This document shows positions 41,749 through 50,640 of a DNA stretch of 64,000 bases, one piece after another. This DNA is from Candidatus Poribacteria bacterium (GTDB taxonomy: Bacteria > Poribacteria > WGA-4E > PCPOR2b). Location: NCBI GenBank assembly GCA_965218095.1, contig OZ244587.1, positions 1,920,001-1,984,000 on the forward strand, given 5' to 3'. How positions within the stretch are numbered: the stretch's first letter is position 1; each line of letters opens with the position of its first letter. The position numbers and the translations under genes were made by a program. Under the pieces are notes generated by a model. It was not told the origin of the DNA, did not search any database, and was given only the letters and a program-made list of their open reading frames with translations.

Positions 41749-42521
41749 GCAAGGACAAAAGGTACAGCATCGAAACCGATAGACTCAACCTGCGGTACGA
41801 CGATTTTCAGGCGCTTATCAATGTGAACGTGAAAGTTGTAGACGGTCTGATCACCGGACTCATTGGCCCGTCGGGCTGTGGCAAGACCACATTGCTGCGT
41901 TGTTTCAACCGCGTGAATGAACGCTACGGCAACGTCACGACGACTGGCGAGATTAAAATTCTCAATAAAAATATATACGATTCGGATGTTTCACTGCCAG
42001 AACTTCGTAAGACAGTCGGTATGGTTTTTCAGCGTCCGAATCCCTTGCCAATCTCCGTTTACGAAAATATCCTTTTCGGCTTGCGCGTTCACTCTGAACG
42101 TGGCAAAATCAAGAAATCAGAAACCGATGAGATTGTTGAACAATCGCTAAGAGATGTATCCCTCTGGAAAGATTTGAAAGATAAACTGAAGGTTAAGGCG
42201 ACCACGCTGCAGCTTGAACAGCAGCAGAAATTGTGCATTGCTCGCCTGCTGCCCCTGACGCCGCGAGTCATCTTGATGGATGAACCGTGTTCAACACTGG
42301 ACGCCGATGCAACCCGTGCGGTTGAAGAGCTAATGTTGAGTCTGGTGGAACGCTACACTATTCTGATTGTCACACACAATATGGCACAGGCCCGCCGTGT
42401 GAGTAATGAATGTATTTTCATGCTGCTCGGCAAAATTATGGAACACAGCCGCACCGAGGATTTATTTCTGACCCCTAAGAATCCGAAGACGGCGGACTAT
42501 ATCGAAGGACGGTATGGATAA
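41745..42521 (+). CDS. pstB: Phosphate ABC transporter ATP-binding subunit 2 (degenerate signature)
   Basis: GPSGCGKT, MVFQRPNP, LQLEQQQK, MDEP, VTHNMAQA; C-terminal YIEGRYG. Confidence 0.92.
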   Translation: MSKDKRYSIETDRLNLRYDDFQALINVNVKVVDGLITGLIGPSGCGKTTLLRCFNRVNERYGNVTTTGEIKILNKNIYDSDVSLPELRKTVGMVFQRPNPLPISVYENILFGLRVHSERGKIKKSETDEIVEQSLRDVSLWKDLKDKLKVKATTLQLEQQQKLCIARLLPLTPRVILMDEPCSTLDADATRAVEELMLSLVERYTILIVTHNMAQARRVSNECIFMLLGKIMEHSRTEDLFLTPKNPKTADYIEGRYG

Positions 42522-42535
42522 TATGAATTTGCCTC

Positions 42536-43216
42536 CTACTCTTTGAACCGATAGCCGACGCCATGCACCGTATCAATCTGCTCTCCGAAAGGTCCCAATT
42601 TGCGCCGCAGCCGACTCACATGTGTATCTACCGCGCGATCCACCCCGTAATACTCCTGTCCCCACACAGCATCCATCAGAACACTCCGCGTGAACACCCG
42701 ACCCGGAGTGCCGACGAACAACGTAAGCAGTTTGAACTCTGTGGCGGTGAGCTCAATTTCACCTGCCTCACTGAACACCTGATGCTTGGCCAAGTCAATT
42801 GTCAAGCCGCGTACCTTAATCTGGTTTGGGGTGGTAGTCTGGACAGCAGCACGACGTAGTATAGCACGTACCCGCAGCACAACCTCCCGCGGACTGAAGG
42901 GCTTGATGATGTAATCATCCGCTCCCAATTCCAACCCAACGATTCGATCAACTTCCTCCGCCTTCGCCGTCAACATAACTACCGGAATCGTTTCAGTTTT
43001 CGGATGGCGCTTCAGCAGCCGGCACACTTCAAGCCCGTCCACTTTAGGCAGCAATAGATCCAAAATGATGAGATCCGGCGGATTCTCTGTCGCTCGTTCA
43101 AGGGCGTCTGCGCCGTTGAAGACGGCCTCCGTTTCAAAGTCCGCCTGCCCCAGGTTGTACTCTAACAACTCGACAATATCCGGTTCATCTTCCACGATCA
43201 GGATTTTTGAAATCAT
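42536..43216 (-). CDS. phoB: OmpR/PhoB-family response regulator
   Basis: VEDE, LDLLLP, TAKAEEVDRIVGLELGADDY, winged helix; adjacent to the pst operon. Confidence 0.85.
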   Translation of the reverse strand: MISKILIVEDEPDIVELLEYNLGQADFETEAVFNGADALERATENPPDLIILDLLLPKVDGLEVCRLLKRHPKTETIPVVMLTAKAEEVDRIVGLELGADDYIIKPFSPREVVLRVRAILRRAAVQTTTPNQIKVRGLTIDLAKHQVFSEAGEIELTATEFKLLTLFVGTPGRVFTRSVLMDAVWGQEYYGVDRAVDTHVSRLRRKLGPFGEQIDTVHGVGYRFKE

Positions 43217-43334
43217 ACTTTATTCCTGTGATCAAATCTTTGCTTAGTTATCGTTCCCCGCGCTTGACTTGCACCCAATCGTACATATCAATGATGTGGC
43301 CTCGCATATAACTGCCCTTCGATCGGGGTTGATT

Positions 43335-43922
43335 TTACAGATATTCTTCCTCATCGTCCTCTGCCGGGTAGATATTGACATCTGATAGAGAGATTAACTC
43401 ACCGACATAGAAGGTCAACCAATTCCCGCAAAGTTCAACAGACATCATCCCTTCATCTTCGTTCGTGTATTCGTACAACTCTACATCGAATGTTTCCATT
43501 TCCAGGAGACTTACAACGGTCATCTTCGCCGGGACAATCTCTTGACGCACGTATTCAACCAAGATCTCTGCATCTTCGTCGTCAGGGTCGGGGTAATGGA
43601 GCGTGATGGTATCAGAGAGGTCTTCATCTAACTCCTCTTCACTGTCGATAATCCAGCGGGAAATCTCATACTCATTTGTGTTCCCGATCCGATCGACCCC
43701 CAAAACCACCTCCTCATCGCTGTCCCCAAGACGATACATGTAGCGCAGCAATCCGCTGCCTTCATACTTCTTCCGCCCCGTCAATTCAAACGTGCGGGAG
43801 GCTGCTTCGCTGGTTTCAAACGTAATCGGATCGGAAAGTTCAATCATACTTCCAAGCGGAATATCCAACAATTCGTGCCGCTTAGGTTTTTGTGCTTTCG
43901 ATTTACGGCCAAATAGTGCCAT
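43335..43922 (-). CDS. Acidic hypothetical protein (DUF4178-like)
   Basis: Beta-rich acidic ORF with 'LYEY...MSVEL...FYVGELI' pattern; co-oriented with the upstream gene. Confidence 0.55.
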   Translation of the reverse strand: MALFGRKSKAQKPKRHELLDIPLGSMIELSDPITFETSEAASRTFELTGRKKYEGSGLLRYMYRLGDSDEEVVLGVDRIGNTNEYEISRWIIDSEEELDEDLSDTITLHYPDPDDEDAEILVEYVRQEIVPAKMTVVSLLEMETFDVELYEYTNEDEGMMSVELCGNWLTFYVGELISLSDVNIYPAEDDEEEYL

Positions 43923-43942
43923 GTCTTTCACCTCTACATGGT

Positions 43943-45007
43943 TTAGAAGTATCCTTTATTGTATATTACCAAAACGATGATGCCAATAATTAGAATGCTG
44001 CCGAAAACAAGGACGAACCAGGTGCCGCCAGAGGTCTTTTTCTGAACAATAACCTTTGGGGGTTGTGCTTGGGTCGCTGATGTTGGTACAGCTTGTGTGC
44101 CGCCTGCCAAAACAATGTTACGGAGTGAATCTTCGTCTGGGAGTTCTTCGACCGTTACCGCTTCTTCGGCATTCGGTCCATAAAATTTGTCGGTGTTCTT
44201 ATCGACATGCAATTCCATGTAGTCCTCATCCCGATTGGTTCCGGGATCGACATAGCGCCGATCTGGCTGGATGCCTTGACTGTCGTAGTACGCTCGCCAA
44301 CGCTCATACTCCGACTGCCGCTCACGCGACCAATGTGATCGATCGTAATTCGAATGATGATAGTGCCAGAGCCAGCTATGGTGAAGACGATGGTTATAGT
44401 AATCGTGAAAATAAATTCCCGAAATTGCGTTTGCAAACACCATACTGGCAGTCAGGCTATAGATGGAGTAGCCCGGATTTGGGTAGTAGGAACCGAAATT
44501 GTTGACAGTAATTGGGGACTGGGCTTGACGCGCGTCGCGGCGTGCACGGGTAGTGTCTCGCTCTGCGCGTCTCACCTGGCGTTTGAGACTGCGATTTTCT
44601 GCCTTGAGGTTTCTGGTTGCCTTGTGCTGTTGAACTTTCAACCCTCGCTTTTGACTGCTTCTCATGTTTTTCGTGGAGACAGCAGAACCGGTCTTCACAC
44701 GGCTCGTCGCGATCTGTTTTTGTCGCACCGTACTACTCTGCCGTCCTGGGCTTCTTTGTGAGGATTTAACAGAACTCCGCCCATAGCTTTTGCTGCTGCT
44801 GTGTTGCCCAGTTGGTCGGACTGATGATGAACGGCCACTACTGCGCGACGGCTTTGAAGATGTTCGGCCGTAGCTCTTGCTAGAACTTCTGCTGCCGTAA
44901 CTTCTGCCACTGGATCTGAACCCTTTTGAAAAAACGTCAGGGCTTACACTGAATGTAAATAAAATAATGAGTGCCAGAATTGACACTTTTTGGAAAGTGC
45001 GTTTCAT
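43943..45007 (-). CDS. Hypothetical membrane-anchored protein with Ser/Arg-rich and His/Tyr/Trp-rich segments
   Basis: Signal peptide, low-complexity N-terminus, C-terminal TM helix, RBS GGAGG. Confidence 0.75.
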   Translation of the reverse strand: MKRTFQKVSILALIILFTFSVSPDVFSKGFRSSGRSYGSRSSSKSYGRTSSKPSRSSGRSSSVRPTGQHSSSKSYGRSSVKSSQRSPGRQSSTVRQKQIATSRVKTGSAVSTKNMRSSQKRGLKVQQHKATRNLKAENRSLKRQVRRAERDTTRARRDARQAQSPITVNNFGSYYPNPGYSIYSLTASMVFANAISGIYFHDYYNHRLHHSWLWHYHHSNYDRSHWSRERQSEYERWRAYYDSQGIQPDRRYVDPGTNRDEDYMELHVDKNTDKFYGPNAEEAVTVEELPDEDSLRNIVLAGGTQAVPTSATQAQPPKVIVQKKTSGGTWFVLVFGSILIIGIIVLVIYNKGYF

Positions 45008-45121
45008 CTTACCTTCCTCCCTAGCGAGTTGTGGTCAAATCCTCTGACCCGATTGAACACTCCTACCGCTAAAATTTGCTTGACAATTTGCGATAGATAC
45101 ATTATCATTACGATTCAAGGT

Positions 45122-45198
<77 letters not shown>

Positions 45199-45494
45199 TC
45201 CTCCCTTACTCTCCAAACCCTATCTTCTCTTCTTCATTTTCCACTCGGCGAGATCCCCGATTCCCATATCCAAACAGGACAATTATACTTCTTGTACGTA
45301 ACCACTGTCAATGATTTATGAAATAGAAATTCCCCACGCATAAGAAATAGGCAAGAAATAACCCCGATCTTCGATCGAGGTTGCTCATAAGGAATTTCTA
45401 TCCGTTACTGTGAGATTTACATCAAATGTGTTACCGCCCCTGCGCCGTTTTTTTGCTTGTATTATTTTGGGGGGTGTGATACCTTATCACGCAT

Positions 45495-45578
45495 GTAACG
45501 TAATGCGTAACGAGTAAAACGTAATACCTCAAACTTACTCCTTACGTTTCGCGTTTTACGCCTCACGTTTCACGTTCC
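45495..45578. repeat. Inverted array of heptamer repeats (CGTAANN / NNTTACG)
   Basis: gtaacgtaatgcgtaacgagtaaaacgtaa...ttacgtttcgcgttttacgcctcacgtttcacg; related arrays near 10843, 58966 and 62307. Confidence 0.7.
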
Positions 45579-45640
45579 CCATGGCGCTGTGGTGAGCAGG
45601 AGATTCGTTACTTCGCATCTAAAAGACAAAGGAGTCGTGT

Positions 45641-46525
45641 ATGAGTATTGACATTCGATTACCTGAATTGTTGGATCTAATTGATGCTGACGCTCAAATA
45701 GAACAGCTTGGGACCGGCTGCGAATTCACTGAGGGACCTGTCTGGAACGCTGAAGGCAGATTTCTGTTGTTTAGTGACATCCCAGCGAATCAGATGAAAA
45801 AGTGGACGCCTGAGTCCGGCATCACAAACTTCCGCGTCCCATCGGGTAAATCGAACGGTTTGACCTATGATAAGCAAGGTCGGCTTATCGCGTGTGAGCA
45901 TGCCAATCGACGGGTTTCACGAACAGAAGCTGATGGCACGGTTGTCGCAATTGCCTCGTATTACGACGGAAAACGGCTGAACAGCCCAAACGATGTGGTT
46001 GTGAAATCAGATGGAAGTATCTATTTTTCCGATCCGCCCTACGGTTTAACAGCCGCCTATGGTGCTGAAGGGGAACAAGAACTGGATTTTCAGGGGGTTT
46101 ATCGACTTGCTCCTGACGGTCAAACGTTGACGCTCTTAGTTGATGATTATGATCGCCCGAATGGTCTTTGCTTCTCGCCAGATGAGTCCACCCTTTACAT
46201 CAACGACACCGCTCGAATGCATGTCCGCGCTTTTGATGTCCAGCCGGATGGCACGATCGCAAATGGACGAGTCTTCACCGAAGAATCCGGTGAAGGTGGT
46301 GCTCCAGATGGTATGAAGGTCGATGGGCAAGGTAATGTCTATGTGACCGGGCCAGGCGGCATTTGGATCTTCAATCCGTCAGGGAAACACCTCGGCGTCA
46401 TTGAAACCCCTGAACCAACCGCCAATCTCGCCTGGGGTGGCGATGACTGGAAAACCCTTTTCATTACAGCAAGCACTTCGATCTATCGGCTGCAATGCAA
46501 GGTTGCGGGAATTCCTGTTCCATAA
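45641..46525 (+). CDS. SMP-30/gluconolactonase/LRE family protein
   Basis: FTEGPVW, SNGL, NSPND, PNGL.FSPDE, PDGMKVD. Confidence 0.93.
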   Translation: MSIDIRLPELLDLIDADAQIEQLGTGCEFTEGPVWNAEGRFLLFSDIPANQMKKWTPESGITNFRVPSGKSNGLTYDKQGRLIACEHANRRVSRTEADGTVVAIASYYDGKRLNSPNDVVVKSDGSIYFSDPPYGLTAAYGAEGEQELDFQGVYRLAPDGQTLTLLVDDYDRPNGLCFSPDESTLYINDTARMHVRAFDVQPDGTIANGRVFTEESGEGGAPDGMKVDGQGNVYVTGPGGIWIFNPSGKHLGVIETPEPTANLAWGGDDWKTLFITASTSIYRLQCKVAGIPVP

Positions 46526-46741
46526 ATGAATCCACGATGCTGTAATGCTTCGATTCTCGAAACGAACAGCATCGGGATCTTTGACCGAGAATCCGAGACC
46601 TCGATCAAAGATCGGGATTAAAATTATAGGAGACAACGAAAATGAAAAAGTTGACACGTTTGGCGATTTTGATCGTTATCATTTCTGTCTTGATATTCAG
46701 CGCAAATAAGTCCATCAACCCACAAAAGTGAGGAAAACAAA

Positions 46742-47128
46742 ATGGAAATGAAAATTTGGAAAATCGCACTACTGATAAGCGATATGAAAAAAGCGGAAGA
46801 CCTGTATGTCAATAAACTCGGACTCAAGGTGATTGATCGAATAGATCTCGGAGAGATCGGTGAGGTACTCTTCCTTGATGCCGGTAACGTAAATTTGGAA
46901 CTCATTCCTGCTGCTGCATTCGATGGCGTCTGGGGTTTAGACCGTCCCGGCGTACACCATATCTCTTTTAAGGCTGACGACGTTAAAGCCGGTACCGAAG
47001 AACTCCGCAAAAGAGGCGTTACGGTCAAAAAGGAGCCCTTCCAACCGCTCGAAGGGATGACCCTTGCGTTCTTCGACGGACTTGATGGCGTCAATCTGCA
47101 GCTCTTCAATTACGAAAAAGAGGAATGA
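46742..47128 (+). CDS. VOC/glyoxalase family protein
   Basis: LGLKV...LELI...GVHHISF...FFDGLDGVNLQL. Confidence 0.85.
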   Translation: MEMKIWKIALLISDMKKAEDLYVNKLGLKVIDRIDLGEIGEVLFLDAGNVNLELIPAAAFDGVWGLDRPGVHHISFKADDVKAGTEELRKRGVTVKKEPFQPLEGMTLAFFDGLDGVNLQLFNYEKEE

Positions 47129-47565
47129 TGAAAGTCAAAATCAAACGCCTTGACGAAGGGCTCCCACTGCCGCAGTATGAAACGGATGGTGCTGTCGGTT
47201 TTGATCTCCTTTGCCGTGAATCGATAACAATCGATCCACAGACAGTCGGGTTGATTTCTGCAAACGTCATTGTCGAAACGCCTCCGGGGTATATGTTAAT
47301 GGTGACGTTGCGCGGTAGTACGCCTCGCAAATGGGGACTGCTCATTCCGCATGGGGTCGGCGTCATCGATCAGGATTACTGCGGCAACGGCGATGAAATT
47401 AAGATCCAGGTCTATAATTTCACAAACCAGCCCGTCACGATTGAACGCGGCGATAAGATTGCGCAAGGGATCTTTGTGCGGGTGGATAGCGCCGAGTGGC
47501 TCGAGGTATCTAAGATGAGTTCAGAAACACGCGGCGGTTTCGGAAGCACCGACAACAGGAATTGA
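47125..47565 (+). CDS. dut: dUTP diphosphatase
   Basis: AVGFDL, GVIDQDY.G, GDKIAQ, RGGFGST. Confidence 0.93.
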   Translation: MMKVKIKRLDEGLPLPQYETDGAVGFDLLCRESITIDPQTVGLISANVIVETPPGYMLMVTLRGSTPRKWGLLIPHGVGVIDQDYCGNGDEIKIQVYNFTNQPVTIERGDKIAQGIFVRVDSAEWLEVSKMSSETRGGFGSTDNRN

Positions 47566-47666
47566 CGTAAATTATTCAAAGCCATTGATCAGGAATTCAA
47601 GGGGATTCAGAGATACAAATGTGTCCGTGTATCTCTGAATCCTCGTTTCATTAGAAGGAACAGACG

Positions 47667-48488
47667 ATGAGGCAGTATTTAGATGCATTGAAACAGATCG
47701 TAAATACGGGCGCAGACCGCGAGGGGCGCAATGGTTTCACTCGCGCTTTGTTCGGTATGCAGATGCGGTACGATATGACTGACGGTTTTCCCGCCGTTAC
47801 AACCAAAAAACTTGCGTTTAACACCGGCGTGAAAGCTGAACTTTTAGGATTTTTGAGAGGCTATTCCGACGTCAAAGACTTCCAGAAGTTGGGCTGTCAT
47901 GTCTGGGATGCGAATGCCGAGGCGGATTACTGGAAGCCAAAGGCGCGGTTTGAAGGCGATCTCGGGCGAATTTACGGCGTGCAGTGGCGGTTTTGGAAGA
48001 CCCCCGACGGGCAAACCGTAGACCAGCTTTCCAACGCCATTGAAGGGCTTAGAACTCAGCCCTACAGCCGCCGCCATGTCATAACGGCGTGGAATCCGGG
48101 GGAATTAGATCAGATGGCGCTTGAGCCGTGTCCTACGCTTTTCCAGTTTTTTGTGGCTGAAGGAAAACTATCGCTTCAGCTATATCAGCGGAGTTGTGAT
48201 ATGATTTTGGGCGTACCGTTCAACATCGCTTCGTATTCTCTGTTGTTGCACATGGCAGCACAAGTGACGGAGTTAGAGCCGGGCGAGTTTATCCACACCT
48301 TGGGTGACGCCCATATCTACCATGTCCATTTCGAGCAGGTAGAAACACAGTTGCAGCGGGAACCGCTCGAACTTCCAGAGCTTTACTTGAATCCGAAGAT
48401 AAAATCGATTGATGATTTCAAGATGCAGGACATCAAACTACACAACTACAAACACCATGGCGTTATTAAAGCGCCGATGGTCGTGTAA
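47667..48488 (+). CDS. thyA: Thymidylate synthase
   Basis: FPAVTTKKL, YGVQWR, AWNP, LYQRSCD..LGVPFNIASY, GDAHIY. Confidence 0.95.
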   Translation: MRQYLDALKQIVNTGADREGRNGFTRALFGMQMRYDMTDGFPAVTTKKLAFNTGVKAELLGFLRGYSDVKDFQKLGCHVWDANAEADYWKPKARFEGDLGRIYGVQWRFWKTPDGQTVDQLSNAIEGLRTQPYSRRHVITAWNPGELDQMALEPCPTLFQFFVAEGKLSLQLYQRSCDMILGVPFNIASYSLLLHMAAQVTELEPGEFIHTLGDAHIYHVHFEQVETQLQREPLELPELYLNPKIKSIDDFKMQDIKLHNYKHHGVIKAPMVV

Positions 48489-48500
48489 AAGGGCGTACAG

Positions 48501-48989
48501 ATGATTATCTCTATCATTGCGGGCATGGATAAAAATCGCCTGATTGGTCAAGACAATCGACTTCCCTGGAAGCTGCCCGCCGATATGAAACACTTCCGTC
48601 GAATGACCCTGGGCAAGCCTGTGTTGATGGGGCGTAAGACCTTTGAATCCATCGGCAAATTCCTGCCGAAGCGTACCAATATCATTTTGACACATGACCG
48701 CGAGTACCATGCCGAGGGCTGTGTTGTAACGCATTGCATTGAAGAAGCCTTAGTTGCTGCCAAGAATCACGAAGAGATCATGATCATCGGCGGTGCTTCG
48801 ATCTACGCCCTCTTTTTACCGCGTGCAGATCGTCTCTATCTGACGTTGATCCATCATTGTTTTGAAGGCAAAGTCTACTTTCCGGCGTTTAATCTGGCTG
48901 ACTGGCAGGAGGTCAAACGCATCGACTGCCAGGCGGATGAGAAAAATCCCTATTCATACAGTTTTCTGTTCCTCCACCGAAGGAGTTAA
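48501..48989 (+). CDS. folA: Dihydrofolate reductase
   Basis: IG..NRLPW.LPADMKHF, MGRKTFESI, IIGGA. Confidence 0.95.
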   Translation: MIISIIAGMDKNRLIGQDNRLPWKLPADMKHFRRMTLGKPVLMGRKTFESIGKFLPKRTNIILTHDREYHAEGCVVTHCIEEALVAAKNHEEIMIIGGASIYALFLPRADRLYLTLIHHCFEGKVYFPAFNLADWQEVKRIDCQADEKNPYSYSFLFLHRRS

Positions 48990-48991
48990 GT

Positions 48992-49198
48992 ATGCCCAAT
49001 AATCCGTTAAAACTTTGTATAATCTCCGGCTCTTTTGAATACGACCTAGACGCATCGCTCACCATTTTCCGAGATTATATCAAGCAACACTATCCGGTTC
49101 AATCAACCCTGATAATCTACCAGAATGGGGACGATGATCAATCCCTCGAACCGTTGGCTTTCACGCGCCGGCTGAATACCACATGGAAACTTCAATGA
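48992..49198 (+). pseudogene. ThuA/GATase1-like N-terminal remnant
   Basis: 'LCIISGSFEYD...SL' and 'FTRRL' resemble ThuA-like proteins; only 68 codons, apparently deleted internally and at the 3' end. Confidence 0.45.
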
Positions 49199-50454
49199 CA
49201 TCAAATGACGTAGCCCTTGCCATCATTGGCGGAGAAATTTACACGCCGACCTATCAGTCTACGGGAAACCTCTTTATCCGCGACGGTAAGATTGAATCCA
49301 TTCGCACTGATTCGTTTGAGCCCACAGGACACCCGTCAATTACGACAATCGACGCGAGGGGTTGCAAGGTCATTCCCGGTCTGATTGATGCGCTCGTTCA
49401 TGGGGGCGGGGGCTGCGGCACGGTGACAGGTAAAGTGGAAGACCTCGAAAAAGTCGTAAGCGCCCACGCAGCGCACGGTGTAACTTCGATTGTGCTTGGT
49501 GTCCCATCGGCAAGCATGGAGCGAATCAACGCCGCGTTGGAGGCAATCGGGTATGTAGCCGATAATCCTGTGAAAGGCGGTTCGCGGGTTCTCGGTTCTT
49601 ATGTTGAAGGGAAGTTTGGAAGTCATCCAAAGCGCGGCGCACAAAACCCCGAATACATCAGCCCGCCGAATTTTGAAGAATTCCACGCCATGTGGGCGGC
49701 ATCTAATGGCACACTCAAAGTAATCTCGATTGCCCCTGAAAACGATGAAGACCTCAAGTTCACCAAACATCTGGCGATTTACCGCGAAGACGCCTATAAC
49801 AACATCATCATCGCGATGGGACATACCAACGCGACGTATGATCAGGCGTTGGCCGCCATTGATGTCGGCATCACCCGTGCAACGCACACCTATAACGGCA
49901 TGAGTGGGCTGCACCACCGAGAACTTGGCACCATTGAAGCGATCTACTCCCATCCGGGGATTCACGCCGAACTGATCGCTGACGGACAGCACGTCAAACC
50001 GATCTGGGGGAAAACCCTGATCCGCTGGAAGGGTATTGAAGGAGTGGGGCTTGTCACCGATTGTCTCTCACTCGCAGGCGTCCCCAAAGCGAAGTGGCTG
50101 GAGGCGTATGTGTATGAACCCGCCCTTGATGCCTACCGATCGAAGCGTGAAGGCACCAAGCAGTATATCAAAAACGGTGCGATCTGGCTAAACCTTGGCA
50201 AAGCGGATGAAGTCCTCTACGGTGGAATGAACACCCTGATGGAATGTTTGCGGAATGTGGTCGGCTGGGGATACACGCTGGAGGAAGCCGTGACAATGGC
50301 GACCCTCACGCCCGCGAAAAATCTCGGCGTGGATAGACAAAAGGGCTCTATCGCGCCGGGCAAAGACGCAGACATCGTCATCCTAGACGCGGATTTGAAC
50401 CCTCAAGCGGTAATCATTGAGGGGGAAATCGCCAAAAATGAAATCGCCCATTGA
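49183..50454 (+). CDS. nagA: N-acetylglucosamine-6-phosphate deacetylase family amidohydrolase
   Basis: PGLID..VHGGGG, KRGAQ, IAPE, GHTNA, THTYNGM, IADGQHV, VTD, KGSI..GKDAD. Confidence 0.85.
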   Translation: METSMTSNDVALAIIGGEIYTPTYQSTGNLFIRDGKIESIRTDSFEPTGHPSITTIDARGCKVIPGLIDALVHGGGGCGTVTGKVEDLEKVVSAHAAHGVTSIVLGVPSASMERINAALEAIGYVADNPVKGGSRVLGSYVEGKFGSHPKRGAQNPEYISPPNFEEFHAMWAASNGTLKVISIAPENDEDLKFTKHLAIYREDAYNNIIIAMGHTNATYDQALAAIDVGITRATHTYNGMSGLHHRELGTIEAIYSHPGIHAELIADGQHVKPIWGKTLIRWKGIEGVGLVTDCLSLAGVPKAKWLEAYVYEPALDAYRSKREGTKQYIKNGAIWLNLGKADEVLYGGMNTLMECLRNVVGWGYTLEEAVTMATLTPAKNLGVDRQKGSIAPGKDADIVILDADLNPQAVIIEGEIAKNEIAH

Positions 50455-50640
50455 TGAAGCTTTAGTGGGTGATAAGGTGAAACGTGAACAAATTGTCATC
50501 AACTTCAACACCCCCGATACCGTCAAAAAATGTCCACTGAGCGAGTGGAGGAAATTCTTCGCTTCGCTTATAATGACAGGCATGCATCATTTCAATATCA
50601 CCAATAACTGTTTGGCAATGGCTGAAAGGAGTTTATTACT

